This document shows, piece after piece, positions 19,414-29,562 of a stretch of DNA of 64,000 bases (its first letter is position 1; each line of letters opens with the position of its first letter). The notes beneath the pieces are model-generated. The model saw only the letters and a program-made list of their open reading frames with translations. It was not told where the DNA came from and searched no databases. The stretch comes from Spirochaetia bacterium (lineage in GTDB: Bacteria > Spirochaetota > Spirochaetia > UBA9216): assembly GCA_963675665.1 (NCBI GenBank), contig OY776510.1, positions 3,200,001 to 3,264,000 of the forward strand. Reading direction: 5' to 3'. Position numbers and translations under genes: made by a program.

Positions 19414-20541
19414 ATGGAAAAAAACAGCTGCCTGGTACTTGAAGACGGTAGTTTTTTTACAGGAACGGGTTTCGGCGCAGAGCCGGACGAATTGGCTGAA
19501 GGTGAAGTTGTATTTAATACCGGGATGAGCGGGTATCATGAAATACTGACTGACCCGTCTTATACAGGCCAGATTGTAATGATGACATATCCGCATATTG
19601 GAAATTACGGAGATATGTCTGAATGGACGGAAAACGGACCCGAACAGGTCGAAAGAAAAAAAATAAAGGCGCGCGCGCTTGTTGTAAGATCTGTGTACAG
19701 AGGGGCAGTTTATAAGGGCAGGGTCACTATCGATGATTTTCTCAGGGAAAACAAAATATGCGGGATCTCCGAGATTGACACAAGGGCGTTAACGCTCAAG
19801 CTTCGGGAAAAAGGCAATTTAAAAGGCTGTATTATTCAATGTAAAGTTGTTAACGGAAAACCTGATAATGTAAAACTGCAGGAAGCTGTTAACCGCTTGA
19901 AGGAAATGCCGGACATGCAGGGCCAAAATCTTATCGGTGATGTCGGAACCGGCAGTATCGAAGAAATAAATGTCGGCGGAAAAACTTCTTTTGCGGTTAT
20001 AGACTGCGGGATAAAGGCGAATATAATCAGGGAACTGACATCACGAAAAATTAACGTTAAGCTTTTTCCTTCCGGCGTTTCGGCTGAAGAAGTCCTGTCG
20101 TCAGGGGTAAACGGCGTGCTGTTTTCCAACGGTCCCGGAGATCCGGCAGTTCTTGAAAAACAGATTGCTCTCGTCAAAAGGCTAATTGAAAAAATTCCGG
20201 TATTTGGAATATGTCTGGGACATCAGCTGATAAGTCTCGGACTCGGAGCTGAGACATATAAAATGAAATTCGGGCACCACGGTATAAATAACCCGGTCAG
20301 GGATGAACTGACAGGTAAGGTTTTTGTTTCAAGCCAGAACCACGGTTTCGCAGTTAAACAGGAAAGCCTACCTGAAGACATAAAATTATGGTTTGTAAAT
20401 GCAAATGACAAAACTGTTGAGGGGATAATCAGCCGGGAGCGGAAGATCGCTTCGGTTCAGTTCCATCCTGAAGCAGCTCCGGGACCGGTTGATACCTCCT
20501 GGATTTTTGACGAATACATTAAGATTGCGGAGGGAAAGTAG
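19414..20541 (+). CDS. carA: Carbamoyl-phosphate synthase small subunit
   Basis: [43 protein letters not shown]. Confidence 0.97.
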   Translation: MEKNSCLVLEDGSFFTGTGFGAEPDELAEGEVVFNTGMSGYHEILTDPSYTGQIVMMTYPHIGNYGDMSEWTENGPEQVERKKIKARALVVRSVYRGAVYKGRVTIDDFLRENKICGISEIDTRALTLKLREKGNLKGCIIQCKVVNGKPDNVKLQEAVNRLKEMPDMQGQNLIGDVGTGSIEEINVGGKTSFAVIDCGIKANIIRELTSRKINVKLFPSGVSAEEVLSSGVNGVLFSNGPGDPAVLEKQIALVKRLIEKIPVFGICLGHQLISLGLGAETYKMKFGHHGINNPVRDELTGKVFVSSQNHGFAVKQESLPEDIKLWFVNANDKTVEGIISRERKIASVQFHPEAAPGPVDTSWIFDEYIKIAEGK

Positions 20542-20542
20542 A

Positions 20543-23500
20543 ATGCCTGCAAGAAAAGACTTGAAGAAGATTCTGATAATAGGTTCCGGGCCGATTGTAA
20601 TCGGCCAGGCCTGCGAATTTGATTATTCAGGAACCCAGGCGGTAAAGGCCCTTAAAGAAGAAGGTTACAAGGTTATTCTTGTAAATCCGAACCCGGCCAC
20701 AGTAATGACAACCCCCGGAGTTGCCGATGTCGTCTACATGGAGCCGCTTGAACCGGTGTATGTAGAGGAAATTCTTAAAAAAGAACGGCCCGATGCAATT
20801 CTTCCCACGATGGGAGGGCAGACTGCTCTTAATCTGACGCTTGAGCTTGAAAAGCTCGGAATGCTTGCAAAATATAATGTTGAACTAATCGGCGCCAGTA
20901 CCAGGGCTATCGAGCTGGCTGAAGACCGCCGGCTTTTCAAGGATACCGTAAACGCTATAGGTCTTGATACGCCTTCTTCCACCCTCGTGGATAATATTGA
21001 AGACGGAAAAAAATTCGCAGAAAAAACCGGATTCCCGCTGATTCTTCGACCGAGTTTTACTCTCGGAGGCCGGGGCGGCGCTATTGCTGAAAAGCCTGAA
21101 GATTTTGTTCTGCTTCTTGAAAAAGCGCTTCTTGAAAGTCCATCACACGAATGTCTTATAGAAGAATCGCTGATAGGCTGGAAGGAATTCGAGCTCGAGG
21201 TAATGCGGGACAATGCTGATAATGCAGTAATCGTATGTTCGATTGAGAATATCGACCCGATGGGAATACATACAGGCGATTCAATTACGGTTGCGCCGAT
21301 ACAAACCTTATCCGATACGGAATACCAGGTTATGAGAACGGCGGCCATCGAGACGCTGCGGGCCATAGGAGTCGATTGCGGAGGTTCAAATGTACAGTTT
21401 GCAGTAAACCCTGAAACCGGCAGGATGATAATAATAGAGATGAATCCCCGTGTTTCTCGTTCTTCTGCTCTTGCAAGCAAGGCTACCGGTTTTCCGATAG
21501 CCCGTATTTCAGCAAAGCTGTCGGTGGGTTATACGCTGGATGAAATCATGAATGAGATTACCGCAAAGACCGTATCCTGTTTTGAACCGACGCTTGATTA
21601 TTGTGCCGTAAAAGTGCCGCGCTTTGAGATGGAGAAATTTCCTTCCGGCTACGATACTCTCGGCACTCAGATGAAATCAGTCGGCGAATCTCTCGCACTT
21701 GGAAGGACCTTCCAGGAAGCATTGAATAAAGCGCTCCGTTCCGCCGAATTCGGCTACGACGGTCTGTGTCAGCTGAATATCGGATACGACGGTCTGGATG
21801 AAAAACTGGAAAAACAGCATCCCCTGAGAATTTTTGCAATCTACACAGTGCTGAGTCGCGAGGGTGAACGGGCAATTCCCAAACTGAGTAAAACTACCGG
21901 ATTTGATATATGGTTTTTATACCAGATGCTGGAACAGATTAAACTTGAAGAGAACATAAGTCAGAAGGGTCTTGATCCTGAAAATCTTCTTGAGGCAAAA
22001 CGTTACGGACTGTCGGACAACAGAATAGCCAAAATTGCAGGATTAACCGGTGAAGAAGTTACCGGCATGCGCGATAAAGCGGGTATAAAAGCCGCGTATC
22101 ACTTTGTTGATACCTGCGCCGGCGAGTTTTCGGCCCAGACTCCTTATTTCTACTCTACTTACGGAGAAATTGACGAGGGCGGCGCGCTTGACGAGAATTC
22201 GGTGATAATTCTCGGAAGCGGTCCGAACAGGATAGGCCAGGGGCTTGAATTCGACACATCATGCACTCTTGCGTCGCTTGCATATCAGCGTCAGGGAGTA
22301 AAGACAATACTTGTTAATTCAAACCCGGAGACTGTTTCTACAGATTTTAACGTATCCGATCGACTGTATATTGAGCCGCTGACGTTTGAGTATGTTCAGG
22401 AAATCCTGAAAAAGGAAAATACAAAAAGGGTCGTTGTACAACTCGGAGGTCAGATTCCTCTAAACATTGCGAAAGAACTTGAAGCAGCAGGGGCTGAAAT
22501 TATAGGTACATCGGTAAAAAGTATCTATGATGTTGAAGACCGCGGACTGTTTTCAGCCCTGGTACAGAAACTGGAACTTACTCAGCCCAGAAACAGAATG
22601 GCGGCAAACGCCAATGAAGTCATGAAGTATTCAGAGGAAATAGGATTCCCGGTACTGCTGAGGCCTTCTTTTGTTCTGGGCGGACGCAGCATGTTTATAG
22701 CCTATAAACGCGAGGAGCTTGCAACTTTCCTGCTGCAGGGGCTGGAGATGTCGAAAGAAAAACCGATTCTGGTTGATCAGTTCCTGGAAGACGCCTTCGA
22801 ATATGATGTCGACGCTGTATCGGACGGAAAGAATGTATATATCGCAGGTATTATGCAGCATATAGAAGCAGCGGGCGTGCATTCGGGCGACAGCGCCTGC
22901 GTGTTTCCTCCTTTCAAATCGGAGAAAGATGCCGAAGCTGAAATGATACTGGCGGCACAGAAGATTGCACGTGAACTTGATGTTAAGGGTTTTTTGAATA
23001 TTCAGTTCGCCCTTAAGGACGGAGTTCTGTATGTTCTTGAAGTAAACCCGCGAGCCTCACGGACAATACCGTTTCTATCCAAGGCTTCCGGCGTGGATCT
23101 GATAGACGCGGCGGTAAAAGTCTGGAACGGAGTTAACCTGGAGACACAAGGCCTCACAAAAGGAGGCGTTGGCCGCGGAAAATGTATTACCGGATGGGCT
23201 GTAAAAGAAGCAGTATTTTCATTCGACCGTTTTGCCGGCGAAGACCCGCTTTTAGGCCCTGAAATGAAAAGTACAGGCGAGGTTATCGGAACCGGGGCAA
23301 CATTCGGTGAAGGTTTTGCAAAAGCTTCGATTGCCGCTTCGGTAAACCTTCCGAAACCTTCCGACGGAAAGGTTTTCGTCTCTGTTCACGATCGTGACAA
23401 GGAAACGATTCTGCCCATAATAAAAAAACTGCAGAAGCTTGGTTTCGAGTTTGCATCTACACGCGGAACGGCTGAATTTCTCTTTGCGAACGGAATATGG

Positions 23501-23743
23501 TCTGAGGTTGTAATGAAGGTACACGACGGGCGACCGAATGTAGTTGACCATATGAGGGCCGGCAGAATCAGCCTTTTGATCAATACGCCGATGGGACGGT
23601 TTTCACAGAAGGGTGATCACGATATCAGGATTGAGGCCGTAAGAAGCAAAATCCCGTATACCACAACAACCTCCGCTGCGGAGGCTGCTGCAGTAGGAAT
23701 CAAGCACCTGATGGAAGAAAAACCCCAGGTCCGTGCACTGTAG
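20543..23743 (+). CDS. carB: Carbamoyl-phosphate synthase large subunit
   Basis: MPARKD...[18 protein letters not shown], two ATP-grasp halves, C-terminal MGS domain. Confidence 0.98.
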   Translation: MPARKDLKKILIIGSGPIVIGQACEFDYSGTQAVKALKEEGYKVILVNPNPATVMTTPGVADVVYMEPLEPVYVEEILKKERPDAILPTMGGQTALNLTLELEKLGMLAKYNVELIGASTRAIELAEDRRLFKDTVNAIGLDTPSSTLVDNIEDGKKFAEKTGFPLILRPSFTLGGRGGAIAEKPEDFVLLLEKALLESPSHECLIEESLIGWKEFELEVMRDNADNAVIVCSIENIDPMGIHTGDSITVAPIQTLSDTEYQVMRTAAIETLRAIGVDCGGSNVQFAVNPETGRMIIIEMNPRVSRSSALASKATGFPIARISAKLSVGYTLDEIMNEITAKTVSCFEPTLDYCAVKVPRFEMEKFPSGYDTLGTQMKSVGESLALGRTFQEALNKALRSAEFGYDGLCQLNIGYDGLDEKLEKQHPLRIFAIYTVLSREGERAIPKLSKTTGFDIWFLYQMLEQIKLEENISQKGLDPENLLEAKRYGLSDNRIAKIAGLTGEEVTGMRDKAGIKAAYHFVDTCAGEFSAQTPYFYSTYGEIDEGGALDENSVIILGSGPNRIGQGLEFDTSCTLASLAYQRQGVKTILVNSNPETVSTDFNVSDRLYIEPLTFEYVQEILKKENTKRVVVQLGGQIPLNIAKELEAAGAEIIGTSVKSIYDVEDRGLFSALVQKLELTQPRNRMAANANEVMKYSEEIGFPVLLRPSFVLGGRSMFIAYKREELATFLLQGLEMSKEKPILVDQFLEDAFEYDVDAVSDGKNVYIAGIMQHIEAAGVHSGDSACVFPPFKSEKDAEAEMILAAQKIARELDVKGFLNIQFALKDGVLYVLEVNPRASRTIPFLSKASGVDLIDAAVKVWNGVNLETQGLTKGGVGRGKCITGWAVKEAVFSFDRFAGEDPLLGPEMKSTGEVIGTGATFGEGFAKASIAASVNLPKPSDGKVFVSVHDRDKETILPIIKKLQKLGFEFASTRGTAEFLFANGIWSEVVMKVHDGRPNVVDHMRAGRISLLINTPMGRFSQKGDHDIRIEAVRSKIPYTTTTSAAEAAAVGIKHLMEEKPQVRAL

Positions 23744-23809
23744 TATTAAATGAAAATATTCTGTATTAATGGCAGATCGCTATAAACTGAAATTTAAACA
23801 GATTGAAAA

Positions 23810-23846
23810 TAACAGGCTGTAGGGATCTTGTCTTTACAGCCTGTTA
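23810..23846. terminator. Long hairpin between convergent genes (probable bidirectional terminator)
   Basis: TAACAGGCTGTAGGGA...TCTTTACAGCCTGTTA. Confidence 0.7.
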
Positions 23847-23852
23847 ACAATT

Positions 23853-24806
23853 TCAGATTCGTCCGATACGTTTCAGAATCTTAAGCACTGAGAGAGTTAG
23901 CAATCTGGAATATTCTTTTTTATTTCCGAAATCCATGGCTTTATAGACCATATAAATGCTTTCAGGTTTAAAACGCAGGGTTTCATCGGTTTTATCAATG
24001 ATGGTATTTATCATCTCGATAAAGCGCTTGTCGTTATGAAGATATTCATATCGGCTGAGCACATCGCTTACATGCAGAATGTTATACCATACATAAGGAT
24101 ATTTCAGTTTCATGAAATCTGTACCTATCCCGAACAGAAAGTGCTTCTTTTGTCCCCTGTTTTCCCAGTGAAAGAGCAACGATTCACATGCACGTTCAGC
24201 CGCCCTGCTTTTAAGGCCTTCCGGAGTTTCACTCAAGGTTCTTGCCGCCAGAACATTGGCATAAGGACAGAAATCATCTTTTCGTCCGGGACCCTTAAAA
24301 TTAAGGATAGATGCTCCGCAACCGTATCCGTTTTCACGTACAAAATTCTCCAGGACAAGAAGTCCCTTATGCAGCTTGTCGCTTTTAACACCCATCTTTA
24401 AAAGAGCTCCCAGGGTAACCGGGAAATCACAGAGCATCCACGCCTTTTCGGTTTTTCCGGATCCTCCAAAAACTTCGGGAATTTCCATCAGAACCAGCGG
24501 AATGCCTTCTAAATTGATATCTTTCAGTATGGATTCTATAACAGGCCTGACGGGGGCATCCTCAGCTTTAACCCCCAGATCAGCCAGCAATGCAAGCCTG
24601 TGAATCAGCAGCTGAGGTCTGCTGTGGTTTTTTAGTTTTTCCTTATTCCAGCTTGTCAGAAGATTAATATTTTCACGAATAAAAGGATCATCAATGAGTT
24701 CAGATCTATCCGTCGGCATTTTTAAAAACTGCTTAACATTATAGCTGATATACGGTTCATCGGCTGAAAGCAGCCAATGACAGGTTTCATTACTGATTTT
24801 TATCAT
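23853..24806 (-). CDS. Conserved hypothetical protein, probable alpha/alpha-toroid (prenyltransferase/cyclase-repeat-like) fold
   Basis: WLL..DEP.I.Y start, ENGYGC, FGIGTDFMKLKYPYVWYNILHV; fold assignment is inference. Confidence 0.5.
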   Translation of the reverse strand: MIKISNETCHWLLSADEPYISYNVKQFLKMPTDRSELIDDPFIRENINLLTSWNKEKLKNHSRPQLLIHRLALLADLGVKAEDAPVRPVIESILKDINLEGIPLVLMEIPEVFGGSGKTEKAWMLCDFPVTLGALLKMGVKSDKLHKGLLVLENFVRENGYGCGASILNFKGPGRKDDFCPYANVLAARTLSETPEGLKSRAAERACESLLFHWENRGQKKHFLFGIGTDFMKLKYPYVWYNILHVSDVLSRYEYLHNDKRFIEMINTIIDKTDETLRFKPESIYMVYKAMDFGNKKEYSRLLTLSVLKILKRIGRI

Positions 24807-24810
24807 TTTT

Positions 24811-25593
24811 TCATTCCTCCTGATATATTTTTTCCCAGAATTTTCTGGATTCTTCTTTTGCCTTACTTACGAAAAGGTTGAATTCGTTTCTGAAGATTCC
24901 GGCTTTCCAGTTGTCCGGCAAGAAGCAGTCCGGCAGAAGCGGATCCCTGAAAAGAGTTTTTACTCCTTTGTTGCCTGTTTGAATCATGCTGATAAAAGCA
25001 TGTTCAGGATTATTTTCAACACGGTTTTTTTGTGCCTGCAGCGAATATAAATTCTCTTCATATATTTGATTCAGCTTTTCAAGTTCCCATAGACGAATTA
25101 TAAAATCCTTTGTAAAGTCAATTTCCGGCTTGAAACTGATTAAGCGGGCAGTTTCCTTAATGTAATCTGAATCAAGAATTTCAGAAAAATTCTGTTCCGG
25201 ATGGCACGGCCGTATCCAGAATCCTGAATACAGTGGTTTGAAATGATAATTTACCAGCTTCTTTCTTATCTTGTAGCGATATTGGGATTTTGTTTCGGAG
25301 ATTGAAAAGCATACTCCCCACCACATGCCGTTCCAGCCGGACCAATCCGAAGTTTGAAATCTGAGGGATACATTAGTGCTGATGGTTTGTCCTTTTTTGC
25401 TTCTTGAATAGAATGCCTGTTTTCCTGAACGTCTGTTTGCAAGTATTCCCTTTTTGACCATTCTGCTGAGGGCCGTACGAAGATTTGATTCGGTAATATT
25501 AAAAGGTCCGGTTAAATATTTTAAATCCGTAACCGAAAACTCCTGTTTGTCCAGAGACGCCATTATTCCGAAGATTAATTCACTGTCAAGCAA
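24811..25593 (-). CDS. PaaX-family transcriptional regulator
   Basis: wHTH (RTALSRMVKKG), WSGWNGMW, WELEKL, C-terminal DPLLP...LPDNW.G typical of PaaX. Confidence 0.88.
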   Translation of the reverse strand: MLDSELIFGIMASLDKQEFSVTDLKYLTGPFNITESNLRTALSRMVKKGILANRRSGKQAFYSRSKKGQTISTNVSLRFQTSDWSGWNGMWWGVCFSISETKSQYRYKIRKKLVNYHFKPLYSGFWIRPCHPEQNFSEILDSDYIKETARLISFKPEIDFTKDFIIRLWELEKLNQIYEENLYSLQAQKNRVENNPEHAFISMIQTGNKGVKTLFRDPLLPDCFLPDNWKAGIFRNEFNLFVSKAKEESRKFWEKIYQEE

Positions 25594-25608
25594 AACTTTT
25601 ATCCTTAA

Positions 25609-25648
25609 ATATTACAAAATATAAACAATTGTAAAATAAATGTAATAT
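25609..25648. promoter_or_regulatory. Widely spaced inverted repeat, candidate PaaX-family operator
   Basis: ATATTACA-N24-TGTAATAT, 15 bp upstream of the paaX-like start codon. Confidence 0.5.
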
Positions 25649-25805
25649 AAGATCAAGTAGCAAAGTAATTGAAAAGATCGATATGGTAAATGTCAATTTT
25701 CCGGGAGTATAAAGCTGTTCAGCAGGATTTATACGGGTGCGGGATTGTTACTTTATGAAGATATTTCACTAAAAAATCAATTGAAAATATAAACGAAATG
25801 ATTAC

Positions 25806-25839
25806 AGGGGCCGTCCACGATTCTTATCGGGCGGCCCCT
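25806..25839 (-). terminator. GC-rich hairpin immediately after cimA
   Basis: AGGGGCCGTCC...GGGCGGCCCCT, 5 nt after the stop codon. Confidence 0.6.
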
Positions 25840-25844
25840 TATTA

Positions 25845-27419
25845 TTAGAGTTTCTTTTTTCCCCCGTTCATCCGGTTGTAATAATACTCAAAGCTGTCCA
25901 GCAGCGCTTCCCAGGAGGCTTCCACAATATTTTCGGATACGCCCACCGTGTCCCACGAATGTTCATGGTCGGAAGTTGTTATAAAAACCCTTACTTTTGC
26001 AGCAGTTGACTGCTCAGGGTTCAGTACGCGTACTTTATAGTCGACAAGTGAAATCCTGTCGATGAACGAATAAAAAGGTTTCAGAGCGTCTCTGAGGGAT
26101 ATATCAAGAGTTCCTACCGGTCCTATGTCGTTTCCCGAACCCATAACGCTTTTTCCGTTGACATCCAGGAAAATACGGCCGGTTGTTTTCGAAGGGAACC
26201 CTCCGGTTTTAAACGATTCCAGATGGTAGTTATTGAGTTCGGCAATGGGTTTATAGATGCCCAGCTGTTTTCTGACGAGTAGCTCGAATGACGCTTCTGC
26301 CGCTTCGTATTCATAACCGGCGTTTTCACGTTTCTTCAGTTCTTCTATGAGAGAAATAACCTCGGGCGATTTTTTGTTAAAGTTGCCGAAACGGGAGATT
26401 TTCTTGACAATTGTCGATTTGCCCGCAAGTTCGGACACAATAATCCGGCGTTCATTGCCGATTAAACTTCCGGAAAGATGTTCCATCAGTTCTGGCGCCT
26501 TCGATATTACATCGGCATGCTGGCCGGCCTTGTGACTGAATGCAGCTTCGCCTACATAGGGAGCCCGCTTATCCGGAATAATATTGGCTTTTTCTGCTAC
26601 AAATCTTGAAAGACTGGTAAGGTCAGTCAGATTTTCGGCCATATTGATTTGGTAATCCGTTTTAAACGCAATATTGGGCGCAATGGAACAGAGGTTGGCA
26701 TTACCGCAGCGTTCTCCCCAGCCGTTGATTGTTCCCTGAATATGGACGGCGCCGTAATCCAGACTCAGTACCGAGTTTGCCACAGCTGTTCCGCAGTCGT
26801 TGTGATAGTGAACACCAATCGGCGCAAGTTTCTCCTGCGGAAGACCGCTTATAATCGTTATTATTTCAGACGGCAGGGTCCCTCCGTTTGTATCGCAGAG
26901 AACAAGGCAGTCTGCGCCGGCTTTTGTTGCTTCAACCATGATTTCAAGAACAAAATCGGGATCGTCCTTAAAGCCGTCGAAAAAGTGTTCAAGATCCAGA
27001 AAAACTTCGTCGGTATGCTTTTTGCAGTATTCAACCGAATCTACAACCATGGCAAGGTTTTCCGAGATATTTGTGTGTATAACTTTTTCAACATGGGCCT
27101 TCCATGCTTTTCCGACTATGGTTACAGCCGGCATTCCGGTTTCCAGAAGAGCATTAAGCGCCGGATCCTTTTCAGCACTGATACCCGGAGCTCTTGTTGA
27201 ACCGAAAGCGGCAACCTTTGCGTGTTCGAGTTTTTCTTTTTTAATGGCATCGAAAAAGGCCGCTTCCTTTTCATTTGAATACGGAAAACCACCCTCTATG
27301 TAATCGATGCCTATTTCATCAAGAGCTTTTGCAATCTGGATTTTGTCCGTCAGCGTAAAACTTACTTCTATACCCTGCATGCCGTCACGCAGGGTAGTGT
27401 CGTAAAGATCGACTTTCAT
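25845..27419 (-). CDS. cimA: Citramalate synthase
   Basis: YDTTLRDGMQG, YIEGGFP, FGSTR, EHFFDG, CDTNGG, HYHND, AFSHKAG.H, GYEYEAAEASFELL, DYKVRVL. Confidence 0.92.
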   Translation of the reverse strand: MKVDLYDTTLRDGMQGIEVSFTLTDKIQIAKALDEIGIDYIEGGFPYSNEKEAAFFDAIKKEKLEHAKVAAFGSTRAPGISAEKDPALNALLETGMPAVTIVGKAWKAHVEKVIHTNISENLAMVVDSVEYCKKHTDEVFLDLEHFFDGFKDDPDFVLEIMVEATKAGADCLVLCDTNGGTLPSEIITIISGLPQEKLAPIGVHYHNDCGTAVANSVLSLDYGAVHIQGTINGWGERCGNANLCSIAPNIAFKTDYQINMAENLTDLTSLSRFVAEKANIIPDKRAPYVGEAAFSHKAGQHADVISKAPELMEHLSGSLIGNERRIIVSELAGKSTIVKKISRFGNFNKKSPEVISLIEELKKRENAGYEYEAAEASFELLVRKQLGIYKPIAELNNYHLESFKTGGFPSKTTGRIFLDVNGKSVMGSGNDIGPVGTLDISLRDALKPFYSFIDRISLVDYKVRVLNPEQSTAAKVRVFITTSDHEHSWDTVGVSENIVEASWEALLDSFEYYYNRMNGGKKKL

Positions 27420-28942
27420 TAATTTGCTCCGTTATTATCAAGCATTAGTTTGTATCGGTTCAGTGCCGCTATATAGGCTCTTGCGCTTGCTTTGAGAATG
27501 TCGGTTGAAGAACCCTTGCCCTGGTATTGCTGATCATTGATTGTTACAAGAACAGAAACTTCACCAATGGCCTGTTTGCCGGCTGTTACGGCGTTAACGT
27601 GGTATTCTTCCAGCTTGCCGGTGATGCCGGTTGCTTTATCTATAGCCTGAAAAATAGCGGAGATGGGCCCGTCTCCGGTTGCTGCTTCTTCGGCAACCTG
27701 GTCCTTGATCTTCACCCGTACGGTTGCAGTAGGAATCGAGGCGTTTCCGGTCGTGATGTTGAAATAATCCAGGCTGTAAAAATAAGATTCGGTGCCGAGT
27801 ACGGAACCGGCTATCTGGAGAATGTCTTCATCGTAGACTTCTTTTTTACGGTCTGCAAGTTTGAGAAAAACCTTGAACGCGTTTGCAGTCTGTTCATCGG
27901 TAAGGGCAAGGCCGAGTTTTTTAATACGTTTGGTAAAGCCGTGCTGCCCTGAATGCCTTCCGAGTACAATCTCGCTTTCTTCACGGCCGACCGATTCGGG
28001 GGTCATTATCTCGTAAGTCTCGCGGTGCGAAAGCATACCGTGCTGATGAATGCCTGATTCGTGAGAGAATGCATTAGCGCCGACAATGGGCTTGTTTCGC
28101 GGAATAGGTGATGCGATTATGGTTGAAAGCATTTTTGAAGTGTAATAAAGCTGTTTTGCATCAATGCCGGTTTCAATTTTATGAAGATCCTTTCTTACAT
28201 TCAGCGCCATGACAAGTTCTTCAAGCGCAGCGTTTCCGGCGCGTTCGCCTATACCGTTCATTGATACTTCTGCCTGTCTTGCCCCGTTTTTTACAGCCGA
28301 AAGCGTATTGGCAACAGCCATTCCCAGATCGTTATGATTATGGGTACTTAAAACTGCTTTATCAATGTTCGGAACGTTATTCATAATGGATGAAAAAATG
28401 TGTCCGATCTCGTCAGGCATGGTGTATCCGACAGTATCGGGAACATTAATAACGGTTGCACCTGCATCAATAACAGCTTCAATAATTCTGTAAAGAAAAT
28501 CCAGCTCGGATCTTGTTCCGTCTTCGGGAGAAAATTCAACCTGTGCGAATTTGTTACGTGCATAGGAAACTGCTTTTACGGCATCTTCAACAACACGCTC
28601 AGGCGACATCTTAAGTTTGTACTTCATGTGAATGGGCGATGTTGCAATGAAAGTATGAAGCCGGGTAGTTTCAGCGTCCCTGATTGAATCATAAACAGCG
28701 TCTATATCCTTTTCAACCGCCCGGGCAAGCCCGGCAATTACCGGACCTTTTACATTTTTTGCAATAAGCTTGCTCGCTTCGAACTGGTGGGGCGACGAAA
28801 CCGGAAAACCCGCTTCAATAATATCTACTCCCAGCCTGGCAAGCTGAAGAGCGAATTCGTATTTCTGTTCGATAGTCATCGCTGCGCCCGGCGCCTGTTC
28901 TCCGTCTCTCAGAGTTGTATCAAATATCTGAAGTTTTTCCAT
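27419..28942 (-). CDS. leuA: 2-isopropylmalate synthase
   Basis: FDTTLRDGEQAPG, PDTVG, HNHNDLG, GIGERAGN, HESGIHQHG, regulatory domain. Confidence 0.95.
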   Translation of the reverse strand: MEKLQIFDTTLRDGEQAPGAAMTIEQKYEFALQLARLGVDIIEAGFPVSSPHQFEASKLIAKNVKGPVIAGLARAVEKDIDAVYDSIRDAETTRLHTFIATSPIHMKYKLKMSPERVVEDAVKAVSYARNKFAQVEFSPEDGTRSELDFLYRIIEAVIDAGATVINVPDTVGYTMPDEIGHIFSSIMNNVPNIDKAVLSTHNHNDLGMAVANTLSAVKNGARQAEVSMNGIGERAGNAALEELVMALNVRKDLHKIETGIDAKQLYYTSKMLSTIIASPIPRNKPIVGANAFSHESGIHQHGMLSHRETYEIMTPESVGREESEIVLGRHSGQHGFTKRIKKLGLALTDEQTANAFKVFLKLADRKKEVYDEDILQIAGSVLGTESYFYSLDYFNITTGNASIPTATVRVKIKDQVAEEAATGDGPISAIFQAIDKATGITGKLEEYHVNAVTAGKQAIGEVSVLVTINDQQYQGKGSSTDILKASARAYIAALNRYKLMLDNNGAN

Positions 28943-28944
28943 TT

Positions 28945-29460
28945 TTATTCTCCTTTTAAATCCTTGACAGTTTTTGACGGGGCTGATTTTTTGCCCCTTT
29001 CTATGGATACCAGACCGCTTCTGGCTATTTCAATGATATTTCCGTTCAGAAGTTCTATAAAATCATCTATTTTGCTTTCGTCGCCGGTGATTTCCAGAAT
29101 CATTGCGTTGACGCCGACATCCATGACATTTGCCCTGAAAACCTCTGCAAGCTGTATTATTTCTCCACGATTGCCGTGTACTACAGAAATCTTTATCAGT
29201 GCAAACTGCCGATCAATAGTTGATTTATGAGTCAGATCCGTAACCTTGATGACTTCAATAAGCTTGTTTAACTGTTTTTTTATCTGATCGATTATGGTAT
29301 CATCGCCGCGGCAGACAAGGGTTATTCTGGTAATCTCGGGATCAAGTGTAGGTCCTGAAGAGAAACTTTCAACATTATATCCTCGGCCCGACAGAAGCCC
29401 TGATATCCGTGCAAGAACACCCGCATTATTTTCTACCAATAGTGAAATTACATGATTCAT
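28945..29460 (-). CDS. ilvN: Acetolactate synthase small (regulatory) subunit
   Basis: ACT domain LVENNAGVLARISGL.SGRGYNVES, QLNKLIEVIKV; AAGGAGG SD before ATG 29460. Confidence 0.93.
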   Translation of the reverse strand: MNHVISLLVENNAGVLARISGLLSGRGYNVESFSSGPTLDPEITRITLVCRGDDTIIDQIKKQLNKLIEVIKVTDLTHKSTIDRQFALIKISVVHGNRGEIIQLAEVFRANVMDVGVNAMILEITGDESKIDDFIELLNGNIIEIARSGLVSIERGKKSAPSKTVKDLKGE

Positions 29461-29488
29461 TATTACCTCCTTGAAAATTTCCTGCCAA

Positions 29489-29556
29489 AAGCTGCAACGC
29501 AGCTTAGAGGGCAAGGTTGGGGTAGTGAAGTTTACAGGCAAAGCCTGAAAACTTCA
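29489..29556. repeat. Two 3-nt-loop hairpins in the ilvB-ilvN spacer, one related to the tRNA-spacer hairpins
   Basis: AAGCTGC-AAC-GCAGCTT (29489-29505) and TGAAGTTTaCAGGC-AAA-GCCTGaAAACTTCA (29526-29556). Confidence 0.65.
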
Positions 29557-29562
29557 AAATAA

